Virus record (IMG/VR): IMGVR_UViG_3300007623_000010 | Coordinates: 1-54,142 of that record | Direction: 5' to 3' (one strand) | DNA: 54,142 bases | Source of the DNA: a virus | Taxonomy: Duplodnaviria; Caudoviricetes | Shown here: one piece after another, positions 17,928 through 26,921 of the stretch | Layout of the letters: the number at the start of each line of letters is the position of its first letter | Numbering within the stretch: position 1 is the first letter of the stretch | Notes under the pieces: generated by a model | Told to the model about the DNA's origin: nothing | The model's database searches: none | The model's input: only the letters and a program-made list of their open reading frames with translations | Made by a program: the position numbers and the translations under genes

Positions 17928-18461
17928 ATGAATATTTTTTACTTAGACAAAGATCCACAAACTTGTGCAGAAATGCATAACGATAAACATGTCGTTAAGA
18001 TGATCTTAGAAGTAGGTCAGCTGCTTAGCACTGCTCATCGTGTTATCGATGGTGAACAATATATAGATGCTAGTTCTGGCCGCAAAATCAAACGTTGGAA
18101 GTTAAACGATTCACGTGAAAATATTTTATATAAAGCGACACACGTCAATCACCCTTCAAACATTTGGGCACGTGAAACTGAAGCTAATTATAATTGGTTG
18201 TATAAACTGTTTATGCATCTTTGTTTAGAGTACACCCATCGTTATGGCAAGACTCACATGACGCAAGTAAAATTAGCAATAGATCTTTCACGACCGCCTA
18301 TAAATATTAAGAAAGCAGGTATGACTGCGATGCCTCAAGCAATGCCAGATTATTGTAAAGTGGAGGGTGATAGTGTCGCAGCATACCGTAAGTACTACAT
18401 TAACGAAAAAGCATCATTTAACGTCTACACAAATAGAGAGAAACCAGAATGGCTAAAGTAA
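17928..18461 (+). CDS. Pyrimidine-dimer DNA glycosylase/endonuclease V-like family protein
   Basis: MNIFYLD..HNDKHVVKMILE..QLLSTAH, YKATHVNHPS..W, EYTHRYGKTH, PQAMP, AYRKYY. Confidence 0.8.
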   Translation: MNIFYLDKDPQTCAEMHNDKHVVKMILEVGQLLSTAHRVIDGEQYIDASSGRKIKRWKLNDSRENILYKATHVNHPSNIWARETEANYNWLYKLFMHLCLEYTHRYGKTHMTQVKLAIDLSRPPINIKKAGMTAMPQAMPDYCKVEGDSVAAYRKYYINEKASFNVYTNREKPEWLK

Positions 18462-18625
18462 AAAAGAAATACTCACACGCTAAAGCGGGCAAAATAGCAA
18501 TAATTAGTAGTCCTTATACTAATAATAAAAGGGTGCTTGTTGGTGAGGATTGGAAATTATCTGATTGGAATAAAATCGTTAGATTCTGGTCAAAACATCC
18601 AACGTATTCAATTCACGTCGAATAG
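18449..18625 (+). CDS. Hypothetical protein, 58 aa (not in ORF track)
   Basis: MAKVKKKYSHAKAGKIAIISSPYTNNKRVLVGEDWKLSDWNKIVRFWSKHPTYSIHVE; fills the gap, GAGAG RBS. Confidence 0.5.
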   Translation: MAKVKKKYSHAKAGKIAIISSPYTNNKRVLVGEDWKLSDWNKIVRFWSKHPTYSIHVE

Positions 18626-18696
18626 ATTTAAACACACCTGCTCTTTATAAATATTTTAATTAAAACTGTGTTATAATAACGAAAAAAAGGAAAGCC

Positions 18697-18900
18697 ATGC
18701 ACAATTATGTTTTAAAGAAAATGTTTAAAACAAAAGATATTCCAGAAAATCTAATATCGCCTTACGCAATTCAATTAGGGCATTCAATCTTATTCAACAT
18801 TGATGCTAACAGTACAATAAAACAACAAAAAAATTTGTCGCTTTGGCTAATTGAGTCTGGTGCATTAGATTTGGAGCAGGTTTTTCTCTTTCATGATTAA
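18697..18900 (+). CDS. Hypothetical protein
   Basis: AAGGA RBS and upstream TTAA-N12-TATAAT. Confidence 0.6.
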   Translation: MHNYVLKKMFKTKDIPENLISPYAIQLGHSILFNIDANSTIKQQKNLSLWLIESGALDLEQVFLFHD

Positions 18901-18912
18901 AGAGGAAAGGAT

Positions 18913-19473
18913 TTGAAAATATATGCAACTAGCGATCAACACTTCACGCACTTTAACATAATTAAATACGCTAATAGACCGTTTGAATTAACAACAGAAG
19001 GCGTTAAAGATTGCATTAATACCATTGTTAATAATCATAATAAAATAGTAACAAACGACGACTTGGTCATTCATGTCGGAGATTTAGCACACGGTCGAAA
19101 TCAAACTAAAGATAACATAAAATATATTATTGAAGGCCACAAGGGTAAGCGTATTCTTGTTAAAGGCAATCACGATCAATGGGAAAAAGAATACTATTTG
19201 TCGTTGTTCGATGAGGTTCATGATTATATAATTAAAGACAATATTTTCATTTGTCATTATCCATGTTATCAGTCTAGATGGACGAGCCCTGAAGAGAAAG
19301 AAATGATTAAAATTCTTGAAGAGTCTGGGTGCGACACCATTATTCATGGACACGTACACAATAAGAATCCAGATGATTGGGAACCCGACGGATATAAACG
19401 TATTAATGTTTGTGTAGATTACGAAAAAAATAATTTTTTTCCAGTTGAAATCACTGATTTATTTTATAAATAA
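18913..19473 (+). CDS. Calcineurin-like metallophosphoesterase
   Basis: SDQHFTH, VGD, GNHD, CHYP, HGHVH. Confidence 0.88.
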   Translation: MKIYATSDQHFTHFNIIKYANRPFELTTEGVKDCINTIVNNHNKIVTNDDLVIHVGDLAHGRNQTKDNIKYIIEGHKGKRILVKGNHDQWEKEYYLSLFDEVHDYIIKDNIFICHYPCYQSRWTSPEEKEMIKILEESGCDTIIHGHVHNKNPDDWEPDGYKRINVCVDYEKNNFFPVEITDLFYK

Positions 19474-19560
19474 AATTGTCGTAAGGAAAAAGATATTCTT
19501 TACGCGAAAAAACGTCAAGATGACGTATTCAACTAAACTAAACTCAAGATGAGTAAGGAG
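19465..19560 (+). promoter_or_regulatory. Late promoter and structured 5' leader of hsp20
   Basis: TATAAATA at 19465; hairpins at 19480-19504, 19512-19526 and 19542-19554; RBS AAGGAG at 19555-19560. Confidence 0.55.
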
Positions 19561-19567
19561 AAATGAG

Positions 19568-19948
19568 ATGTTTACAGAAAGAGAAATTGAAAGATTTTTT
19601 CGCCCTTTACACGAAACTGGCAAAATTGCTAGGTATCCACTAACTAACATTGCTAAAGATGAACACAACAATCTTTTGATTGAAGTTGCAGTTGCAGGCT
19701 TTAATAAACAAGATTTGTCTGTTGAACTTAAAGGCAATGAACTTCACATTACTGGACAATCTGATGAGGCACAAATTGAAGGCGTGACTTATCTGCAGCG
19801 TCATATTAGCACGAATACTTTTAATCGTATCGTCATTTTACACGAAAAATATGTAGGTGGTGACATTAGTGCTTCTGTCGCAAACGGCATATTGTCGGTA
19901 ATGGTCATTCCAAAAGATCAACCTAAAAAACTTATTGAAATTAACTAA
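19568..19948 (+). CDS. Small heat shock protein (Hsp20, IbpA-like)
   Basis: YPLTNI, IEVAVAGF, LHITG, YLQRHIS..FNR, A..ANGILSV. Confidence 0.9.
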   Translation: MFTEREIERFFRPLHETGKIARYPLTNIAKDEHNNLLIEVAVAGFNKQDLSVELKGNELHITGQSDEAQIEGVTYLQRHISTNTFNRIVILHEKYVGGDISASVANGILSVMVIPKDQPKKLIEIN

Positions 19949-19974
19949 TAATTTCGTCGAAGGATAGATACGAT

Positions 19975-20001
19975 GGGTCTGCTCTTGCAGGCCCTTTTTT
20001 T
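19975..20001 (+). terminator. Intrinsic terminator
   Basis: GGGTCTGC-TCTT-GCAGGCCC followed by T7. Confidence 0.85.
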
Positions 20002-20057
20002 AACTTTTTTTCATCAAAACTATATACACACTCATTTTATTTTGATATAATTACTGG

Positions 20058-20222
20058 ATGAATATTAATAATTTAGCTGGAATTTATTATACGCCGCCGA
20101 AGAAATACGAACGTAAGGTTGAACCTGTACATAAGTCTTCTGTGAAAGATCAGAACAAGATCACACAGAAAGATAAGGTTCATCAGGATTCTGAGCCTTC
20201 AAAAATTTCTTTATACGCTTAG
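20058..20222 (+). CDS. Hypothetical protein, 54 aa, possibly leaderless (not in ORF track)
   Basis: MNINNLAGIYYTPPKKYERKVEPVHKSS...ISLYA; TATAAT at 20046-20051 just upstream of the ATG. Confidence 0.4.
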   Translation: MNINNLAGIYYTPPKKYERKVEPVHKSSVKDQNKITQKDKVHQDSEPSKISLYA

Positions 20223-20224
20223 TG

Positions 20225-20232
20225 TATAAATA
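20225..20232 (+). promoter_or_regulatory. Late promoter of the 20264-24336 operon
   Basis: TATAAATA. Confidence 0.75.
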
Positions 20233-20263
20233 ATATAGAATAGAATATTTTGGAGTAAGATAC

Positions 20264-21454
20264 ATGGGTGGTAACGTAACCGCAAAGAATTGGACTACTG
20301 GTGAAGAAACTAGAGCTGAGAAAATCCAAGTAAAAGACATTGGACGCCAAGAGTTCATTAAAACTTTCGTTGAAATCTTTAAGAAAATGAATAAGGATTT
20401 TAAAGCGAAATACAAAAAGCCAATCTGGGTTAATGAAGATATTTTGACATCTGGTTTTGCGTTTAATGGCAGCACATCCTTTATAATGGACCCAACATTA
20501 TCTGACGAAGAAGTCATGAAATACAAGCCATCTGCCGGTGATTTAGACATTACTGTGCCAGAAGAAATCGGTACAGAATTATGGGAATTCTTAAATAAAT
20601 TAGAAGGTAAAGAAATTTTACCCGGTGCACGCTACATGGGTTCTAATCGTGGTAATAAAGATGCGATCGGAGACCAAATTAACGCTGTCATCATGGTAGA
20701 TTTCAAAAATGGACAACGTGCTTATGCACAAGTTGACTTTGAACTATTACCATTTGAAAATGATAAACCAACTGAATGGGCTAAATTTAGTCACTCTTCT
20801 TCGTTTGAAGATGCGAAAGCTGGCGTTAAAGCTGTTCACCATAAGTTCTTAATTTCTTCAATTGTCGGTGGAGCTTCAGTACGTGACGATATTGTTATTG
20901 CGACACCAGCATCTACACCTGAAAAAATTAGACTTAAGAAAATGGCACAGCTACCGCGTATGCTAAAATTCTCAGTTACACGTGGTATTCGTATTGCTTA
21001 TGAGCCAATGATTGGAGAAGACGGTAAAATTATAGAAATCGATGGAAAACAAGTTTATCGTGAAATTCCAACTAAGGATAGTACATACGAAACTGTTATT
21101 GCTGAAATCTATAAATTAGCCTTTAGACAATTAGTTGGGCATGAGGCTGACGTTAGAAAATTTGAATCTTTTGTTGGAGTTCTTGAATTGATGAAACAAT
21201 TCATGACTAAACAGGAAATTGATCGTACACATGATCGTTATTTACAGATGCTCTTTGAACCAACTAAAGGTAGAGCACAAGAATTAGAAGCTGGTAATCC
21301 ACAATTAGATTATCAAGTAAAATCAGCTGGTTATCAGCGATTCATAAAAGAATTAAAACTTAAAGATAAATCTCAGAAAATGGTCGAAGAATATTACAAA
21401 ACATACCGATTAAGAGAATCTTTTAGAGACTATTTAAATACATTAGGAGAATAA
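20264..21454 (+). CDS. Pol-beta superfamily nucleotidyltransferase-like protein
   Basis: FNGSTS..AGDLDITV..AQVDF fits the hG[GS]..DhD..hD signature. Confidence 0.65.
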   Translation: MGGNVTAKNWTTGEETRAEKIQVKDIGRQEFIKTFVEIFKKMNKDFKAKYKKPIWVNEDILTSGFAFNGSTSFIMDPTLSDEEVMKYKPSAGDLDITVPEEIGTELWEFLNKLEGKEILPGARYMGSNRGNKDAIGDQINAVIMVDFKNGQRAYAQVDFELLPFENDKPTEWAKFSHSSSFEDAKAGVKAVHHKFLISSIVGGASVRDDIVIATPASTPEKIRLKKMAQLPRMLKFSVTRGIRIAYEPMIGEDGKIIEIDGKQVYREIPTKDSTYETVIAEIYKLAFRQLVGHEADVRKFESFVGVLELMKQFMTKQEIDRTHDRYLQMLFEPTKGRAQELEAGNPQLDYQVKSAGYQRFIKELKLKDKSQKMVEEYYKTYRLRESFRDYLNTLGE

Positions 21455-21455
21455 A

Positions 21456-21677
21456 ATGGCATTCGGTAAAAAACTAACTGATGATAGATACTCTGTCGAG
21501 TTAAAAGAAACAGTACAAGAACGCATTGGTTACTTAGTAAACTTTGATGTTATGCTAACTACTAACGGTGATGAAATATTTTCATTCAAATCAAAAGATG
21601 TTCAGGCTGATCTAGCAGCTTTATCAGATACTAAATACACAGTAACTTTTGGTCAATCTACTATATTCGTAAAATAA
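21456..21677 (+). CDS. Hypothetical protein
   Basis: AGGAG RBS; lies within the operon. Confidence 0.65.
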   Translation: MAFGKKLTDDRYSVELKETVQERIGYLVNFDVMLTTNGDEIFSFKSKDVQADLAALSDTKYTVTFGQSTIFVK

Positions 21678-21686
21678 GGTTTTAAT

Positions 21687-23198
21687 ATGAACTTTGTCCA
21701 ATACATAAATGAGGGAAAAGAGCAGCTGGATATTAGTATCCTAGCTGCTGGTAAATACCTTACGAATCAAAAACGAATTGAAGAATTTCTTTCGTCTAAC
21801 GTCACAATTGAACATAAAACTGATGGTATTAAGCTAACTGTCATTAAGAAAGATAACAATGGTACACTAGACGATTACGTTTTTGCTTATAAAGGTCAGG
21901 TTCTTTATAGCGCAGAGTATGCTTACAATTCTAAAACTAAAGTTAAGAAAGAATCTATTGGTCCTTCACAGTTTGGATTAGTGTTTGATCATTTTAAAAA
22001 ACTTGGTAAGAATAGTATTCCAGTTGATACAGAATTATTCATTGAATTCTTAATGTCAAAACCGACACTATCATCTAACTATAACACTAAACATAAGATG
22101 GTTCTCATTGGTTACGCTAAAACCAAATGGCAAGAAAAGTTCGGTAGACTAATAAGTAATCCAGCGCCTATGCAAGAAGCTAAGAGAAACGATTACGCTA
22201 AACAAATTAAAATTGACATCCCTCAATTATTGTTTGTAGGCTCTATGGGTTCTCAAATAAGTTTTAGTGCAGGTATTAAAAACAATGCGCTGAAAGCAGA
22301 ATTTGAATCTAGCAAATTGTCAATGAACTGGGATAATGCTGAATTGTTATTGGATGACATTCGTCAATTATTCTTAAATGTTGAGTCTAAATATGGCGGC
22401 AAAGAAGAAGGTGTTGTAATTAAATACAACAACATGATTCTAAAATGGCAGCAAGAATATCAATTAGACCAAACTGCCAGAGCGGCTATTAAAGCTAAAT
22501 ATAGAGAAGACGACATTTTAGCAGAAAATCGTTATTGGGAGTACGTTAATAATCAAGCTTATCGTTTATCAAATTCTATTGTTGTTAAATCTAGAAAATT
22601 GAATGACGTTCTTGAAGAATTAGCTTTAGAACTTAAAAAACTAAAAATAGAAATTACTCATAGCAAAAAGACTGATGTCATGATTAAAGACGACATTCAG
22701 CTAAATACTAAAACCTTGCTTGTCAAGAAAATGCGTGGAAATAATAACGCATTGATTTTGGGCAAATTCAGAGTATTGACCAAAGAAGGTCATTATAAAT
22801 TGATTAAGCGTGCAGCGACATTATATGATAATGTTGTGGTTTGTATTGTTACTTCGAAAGATACTAAAGATACTAAAGATCTACGCGAAGAAATGATGAG
22901 AAAGGCATTCCCGAATGTTGAAATAATTCATCATAATTCTGGAAACATTAGCGGTATTTTGAATAAATCGCCAATAAATATTAATGCGGTTTATGCTGGC
23001 ACAGACAGGGTTGCTGCTTACAAAGAACAACTTAAGTATCGTCTTGGCGTTGAAGTTAGAGAGATGCCTCGTACTGATTCAGATATTAGCGCGAGTAAAG
23101 TCATCGATAATATTGCGAATCAAGAATTCTTTGAGAAAAATACTCCGAAAGAACTCCACTCAATGTATAATAAGATTAAAAAGGTATATGAAAAATGA
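21687..23198 (+). CDS. Fusion of an ATP-dependent (RNA) ligase-like domain and a HIGH-type nucleotidyltransferase domain
   Basis: N-terminal EHKTDG (motif I), FIEFL (III), EEGVVIK (IV), ILKW (V). C-terminal LGKFRVLTKEGH, YAGTDR, ISASKV. Confidence 0.7.
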   Translation: MNFVQYINEGKEQLDISILAAGKYLTNQKRIEEFLSSNVTIEHKTDGIKLTVIKKDNNGTLDDYVFAYKGQVLYSAEYAYNSKTKVKKESIGPSQFGLVFDHFKKLGKNSIPVDTELFIEFLMSKPTLSSNYNTKHKMVLIGYAKTKWQEKFGRLISNPAPMQEAKRNDYAKQIKIDIPQLLFVGSMGSQISFSAGIKNNALKAEFESSKLSMNWDNAELLLDDIRQLFLNVESKYGGKEEGVVIKYNNMILKWQQEYQLDQTARAAIKAKYREDDILAENRYWEYVNNQAYRLSNSIVVKSRKLNDVLEELALELKKLKIEITHSKKTDVMIKDDIQLNTKTLLVKKMRGNNNALILGKFRVLTKEGHYKLIKRAATLYDNVVVCIVTSKDTKDTKDLREEMMRKAFPNVEIIHHNSGNISGILNKSPININAVYAGTDRVAAYKEQLKYRLGVEVREMPRTDSDISASKVIDNIANQEFFEKNTPKELHSMYNKIKKVYEK

Positions 23199-24091
23199 AA
23201 TTTAGAGATGTTTTAGAGGGAAAAGTCAACGTAAAAAGACTTAACGAAAGCAATGTCATGTCTATGGCGGAAAGTCAGGGCGCAGAAGCTACTGATGCGT
23301 TAAGAAAGCATGTTAATGAAAAACTAGGTATTAAAGCCGACATCCCAAAAATTAAAACAAATAATTTTAGTGCGTTCGCTAGCCAATACAATTCTTTGTA
23401 TAATCAGTTTAAGAAAGAGTTCATCTCTATTTTTAATTACGAAGTAAAGGGTATCGGTAGAGGCGAAATTTTGCTTTCTTATCTTGCTGATAACATTAGT
23501 ATTAATGGCGGTAAGGGTGATTACGACGTAAACTTTGGTAACACTAAAATGGAAGTTAAAGAAGTTGCAACAACTGCAACTTATTTTAAAAACTTTAGAC
23601 TAGGTGTACTTTCAAGAGAGTATTTGCAAAAAGCATATAATGATATTAAGTATCTTTACGGCGTTGCAAAATATCACATTCCAGAAATTAATACTGCTGC
23701 ATTTGAAGCAAAAGTCGCAAAAGGTGAGTTAACTACGTTAATTAAACCATTAAAAGACTTCGTTCCAACTAATCTAGGTGATGTTCAACGAATAGCTGTA
23801 GAAATTACAAAAACCGGCAAATTGTTTTTCGAAGGGCGTGAAGTAGGTAATATCAAGAATGCACAAGCAATTATAACTGATATTCTTGATAAAGAAACTC
23901 ACAAGTTCAAATCTTTTAATATGATAGAAACCGAATTAAGAAATAATCTTAATAAGAAAACAATGCCTTACATTTTCTTTGGTGATAATAAAGGTAAAGA
24001 AACGGCAATGCTGTTTTATAGAAAGGATTTAGGCGATCTTGAAATTGATACTATCACACAGGGTAATGTTAAGGTCAAAATTCCTAGATAA
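23195..24091 (+). CDS. PD-(D/E)xK nuclease-like protein, putatively capsid-targeted
   Basis: GIGRGEILL..GDYDV..MEVK; starts MKFRDVLE. Confidence 0.5.
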   Translation: MKFRDVLEGKVNVKRLNESNVMSMAESQGAEATDALRKHVNEKLGIKADIPKIKTNNFSAFASQYNSLYNQFKKEFISIFNYEVKGIGRGEILLSYLADNISINGGKGDYDVNFGNTKMEVKEVATTATYFKNFRLGVLSREYLQKAYNDIKYLYGVAKYHIPEINTAAFEAKVAKGELTTLIKPLKDFVPTNLGDVQRIAVEITKTGKLFFEGREVGNIKNAQAIITDILDKETHKFKSFNMIETELRNNLNKKTMPYIFFGDNKGKETAMLFYRKDLGDLEIDTITQGNVKVKIPR

Positions 24092-24092
24092 T

Positions 24093-24135
24093 TAAACAAC
24101 AATATGTTATATTAATAATGTAAACAACAATATGT
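24093..24135 (+). repeat. 15-bp direct repeat in an intergenic promoter region
   Basis: TAAACAACAATATGT at 24093-24107 and 24121-24135. Confidence 0.75.
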
Positions 24136-24147
24136 AAGGTTGAAAAA

Positions 24148-24336
24148 ATGAAGTTCAAGAAATATCTCAAAAGCATTTCTGAAGTAACAACATCCGGTGA
24201 TATTGCTACAGTAGACACAAAATTAGACATGACAAAAAGATACGAAAAGCATCATAATAAAGGCAAAAAGTGCAAGACTCACAAACAGTTTAATTGTGAA
24301 ATTTGCGAGAACGAAAAGTTCGAAAACCAAAAGTAA
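24148..24336 (+). CDS. Small Cys/His protein, putatively capsid-targeted
   Basis: MKFKKYLKSISE start; CKTH..CEIC. Confidence 0.6.
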   Translation: MKFKKYLKSISEVTTSGDIATVDTKLDMTKRYEKHHNKGKKCKTHKQFNCEICENEKFENQK

Positions 24337-24357
24337 ATTATACACGAAGGAAAGAAT

Positions 24358-24780
24358 ATGAGAGTAGGATTCACGGCCAGTTCGTTCGACCTTCTTCATG
24401 CAGGACATGTGGCAATGCTAGAAGAAAGTCGAAAGAATTGTGATTATTTAATTGTTGGTTTAAATGTCAATCCATTTAAAAACGGACGTTATCCTGTACA
24501 AGGTTTGTTTGAAAGGTTTAAACAACTCCAAGCAGTTAAATGGGTTGACGAAATCATTCCTTACAATGGTGAAAATGAGCTGATTGAAATTTTTAATACG
24601 ATACACATTGACGTTCGATTTATTGGATCAGACTACAAAAATTCACCATTCACCGGGCAAGAAATAAACGAAAGGAACCATACTGAGATCTTCTTTAATC
24701 GAAGAGATCATAATTTTAGTTCGAGTCGCTTAAAGAAACAAGTCGTCGACAATCAATTAGAAGTAAAGGAAGAAGGATAA
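24358..24780 (+). CDS. Cytidylyltransferase (TagD/glycerol-3-phosphate CT-like)
   Basis: FDLLHAGH, LIVGL, ER..L..VDEIIPY, IGSDY, RDHNFSSS. Confidence 0.88.
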   Translation: MRVGFTASSFDLLHAGHVAMLEESRKNCDYLIVGLNVNPFKNGRYPVQGLFERFKQLQAVKWVDEIIPYNGENELIEIFNTIHIDVRFIGSDYKNSPFTGQEINERNHTEIFFNRRDHNFSSSRLKKQVVDNQLEVKEEG

Positions 24781-24782
24781 CC

Positions 24783-25088
24783 ATGTCGGAAAAAATCAAA
24801 AGAGTTTTCAAACTGATTAACAATGAAGTCGTTTTTGGCGAAGTTGAATCAGTTCAAGTTAACGAACAACAAGTCGAAATTCTTATTAAACAGCCGTTTA
24901 GCGCAATTAGTGGAAACATCTTTCCATACATGGCAGATGTCTTTGGCAATGCACCAGCCGCAATTCAGATTCACCCAATGAATATTGTTTGGAGTACGCC
25001 CCTAGAAGATTTTCCAGAGGCTGAACGTGTTTACAATGAAGCTACTGGTGGAATTGTCACCGAAAGAAAAGAAAGTATTATACTGTAA
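24783..25088 (+). CDS. Hypothetical protein (Sm/SH3-like beta fold suspected)
   Basis: FKLINNEVVFGEV..ILIKQP..YNEATGGIV pattern common in T4-like phages. Confidence 0.6.
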   Translation: MSEKIKRVFKLINNEVVFGEVESVQVNEQQVEILIKQPFSAISGNIFPYMADVFGNAPAAIQIHPMNIVWSTPLEDFPEAERVYNEATGGIVTERKESIIL

Positions 25089-26079
25089 ACACTTTATTTG
25101 ACGAAGTATAATTGCCAAAAGCATCAGTAATTATAACTTGAACTTCGATAGATCCAGTGCCACTTACGTCTAGTACTGCTCTATCGAGGTCACCGTCAAT
25201 GACTGCACTCCCAGAAATTACTGACCATTCAAATGTTAATTCGGACAATTTGTTATCCTTATCATCATAAATTACAGAAATATCATTTGTACCTTCACCG
25301 ACAATCCCTGTGCTAACAATATCGATAATCATTGGAGCGTGCTGATCAGAATAATCTGCAATCTGAGTCAATTCTTCATTTTCTACTTCACCAGCAAGAT
25401 TAACGTCCCAACCAAAAATAGATTTACGAGTAAATGTACCATCTTGCTGTTCGTTGATGTACATTTTTAGTTCTGTGATGCGTTCAACTGATTTAACTGG
25501 TGGGTATAGGTTACCAACTAACTCGAGATTAAACGTTACAGTAACTATGTTGGTGCTTAAATCTTCGTATTCTTCATTCTCAAAATCAATGCCAGCGAGT
25601 TTAAGAGGAATTCTAGTTGGTTCGTCTAGATTAGTAGCATCCCAAATGTCAATATTTTTTGTAGGATTAAATTTTGGTGCAACCTGCTCAATAATCATTG
25701 TGGCTTCATTCATACCACGGCATTGAACTACTAACGAATAATTAAATAAATAAGGTACAGAATTGTACATGAATTCGAGAGTATTATCATTCTTAAAAGT
25801 TGCCATCTTAATGTTTTTATTAGTTACACGATCATCTAATTTTGACAACGAATCAAACGTTAAGGACGCTCTAGGCAATGCATTCGTATTACCGGACGTA
25901 ATTTGCTCAGACGTGTAACTATCAAGCACTGTAGCTTTTTCACGCGAACTATACTTTATAGGTATATTTTTAGAAATCAATACACCATTAGAATTCTTGT
26001 ATTGTATCTCTAGATCATTGAACATGTCCAACAAAGCAGAAGTGTACTTTCTAATTGTGCCATGATGATAAAATGACAT
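25078..26079 (-). CDS. 15: Tail sheath terminator/stabilizer (gp15-like) with C-terminal Ig-like extension
   Basis: FYHHGTIRKY..FND, IPIKY..REK, LPRAS, VPY, IIEQVAPKFNP; late promoter at 26100-26107 on the - strand. Confidence 0.85.
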   Translation of the reverse strand: MSFYHHGTIRKYTSALLDMFNDLEIQYKNSNGVLISKNIPIKYSSREKATVLDSYTSEQITSGNTNALPRASLTFDSLSKLDDRVTNKNIKMATFKNDNTLEFMYNSVPYLFNYSLVVQCRGMNEATMIIEQVAPKFNPTKNIDIWDATNLDEPTRIPLKLAGIDFENEEYEDLSTNIVTVTFNLELVGNLYPPVKSVERITELKMYINEQQDGTFTRKSIFGWDVNLAGEVENEELTQIADYSDQHAPMIIDIVSTGIVGEGTNDISVIYDDKDNKLSELTFEWSVISGSAVIDGDLDRAVLDVSGTGSIEVQVIITDAFGNYTSSNKVFTV

Positions 26080-26099
26080 AGTTAATCCTCTTTTATTGT

Positions 26100-26107
26100 T
26101 ATTTATA
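26100..26107 (-). promoter_or_regulatory. Late promoter
   Basis: TATAAATA on the minus strand. Confidence 0.75.
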
Positions 26108-26135
26108 TTAAGCTAAAAGGTTGTATAATATTACC

Positions 26136-26834
26136 ATGAAAACATACATCATTTATTTAAAAGACAACGATTTATCAATCAAGTTAGCGAAGGATGCGCA
26201 AAAATCCTGCGAACGTTTTGGTTTAGAGTACGAAATGTTTGACGGAGTGCCAGCTGATAAAGCAATTGACGTTATGAAACTACATGATCTTAAGCCTTCA
26301 AACAGCGTTAAGAAGGAAGTATGGACTAAAGGAACAATTGGCTGTGTTGCTAGTCATTTCTTACTTTGGAAGAAATGTTCTGAGCAAGACGAAAATTTCG
26401 TCATAATGGAACATGATGGTCTTATTATTCGAGATCCACGATTAATAGAAAATGATGTTGTGCATGCTTGCCATCTTGATGCATCAGTCGCTTTCAATTC
26501 GAATTACGATGCTGATAGCGAAGAATGGTTTTACCACTATGAAAAATCATTTATTGATAATAACAAACCGGGTGTTCGTGATCATCCTTCAGTCAAATTT
26601 TATGGCAACCAAGATATAATAGGTGGTACATTTAGAGGTGCATACGGATATATGATTACACCAGCAGGTGCGAAACGTTTGGTAAATTTCGTTAGAAAAT
26701 ACGGCGTGTATCCAGCAGATCAGTGCCTATGCGAAACTGCGGTTAAGCTTCAAAGAGCTAAATCTACGTATGTACGACTGCATCCGTTCTTTAAGACGTT
26801 GAACAAGCAACGAGAAAATACGACTCGTCTATAA
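26136..26834 (+). CDS. Glycosyltransferase family 25-like protein
   Basis: TYIIYL, FDGV, GCVASHFLLW, IMEHD, GAYGYMITPAGA..PAD. ATG is 7 nt after TATAAT (26124-26129). Confidence 0.82.
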   Translation: MKTYIIYLKDNDLSIKLAKDAQKSCERFGLEYEMFDGVPADKAIDVMKLHDLKPSNSVKKEVWTKGTIGCVASHFLLWKKCSEQDENFVIMEHDGLIIRDPRLIENDVVHACHLDASVAFNSNYDADSEEWFYHYEKSFIDNNKPGVRDHPSVKFYGNQDIIGGTFRGAYGYMITPAGAKRLVNFVRKYGVYPADQCLCETAVKLQRAKSTYVRLHPFFKTLNKQRENTTRL

Positions 26835-26858
26835 AATGTGAAATAAATGAAAAAAACT

Positions 26859-26888
26859 GTATACTTTTTAAGAAAAACTGTGTATAAT
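26859..26888 (+). promoter_or_regulatory. Early-type promoter
   Basis: A-tract, GTATAC, TGTG-TATAAT, AGCTCTAT. Confidence 0.7.
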
Positions 26889-26921
26889 AGCTCTATTACA
26901 AAATGTGAAAAGGATTAGATA

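Noticed and set aside
17743-17931. 62-aa ORF upstream of the glycosylase-like gene
   Set aside because: It spans two divergent promoters and overlaps the terminase start; probably non-coding.
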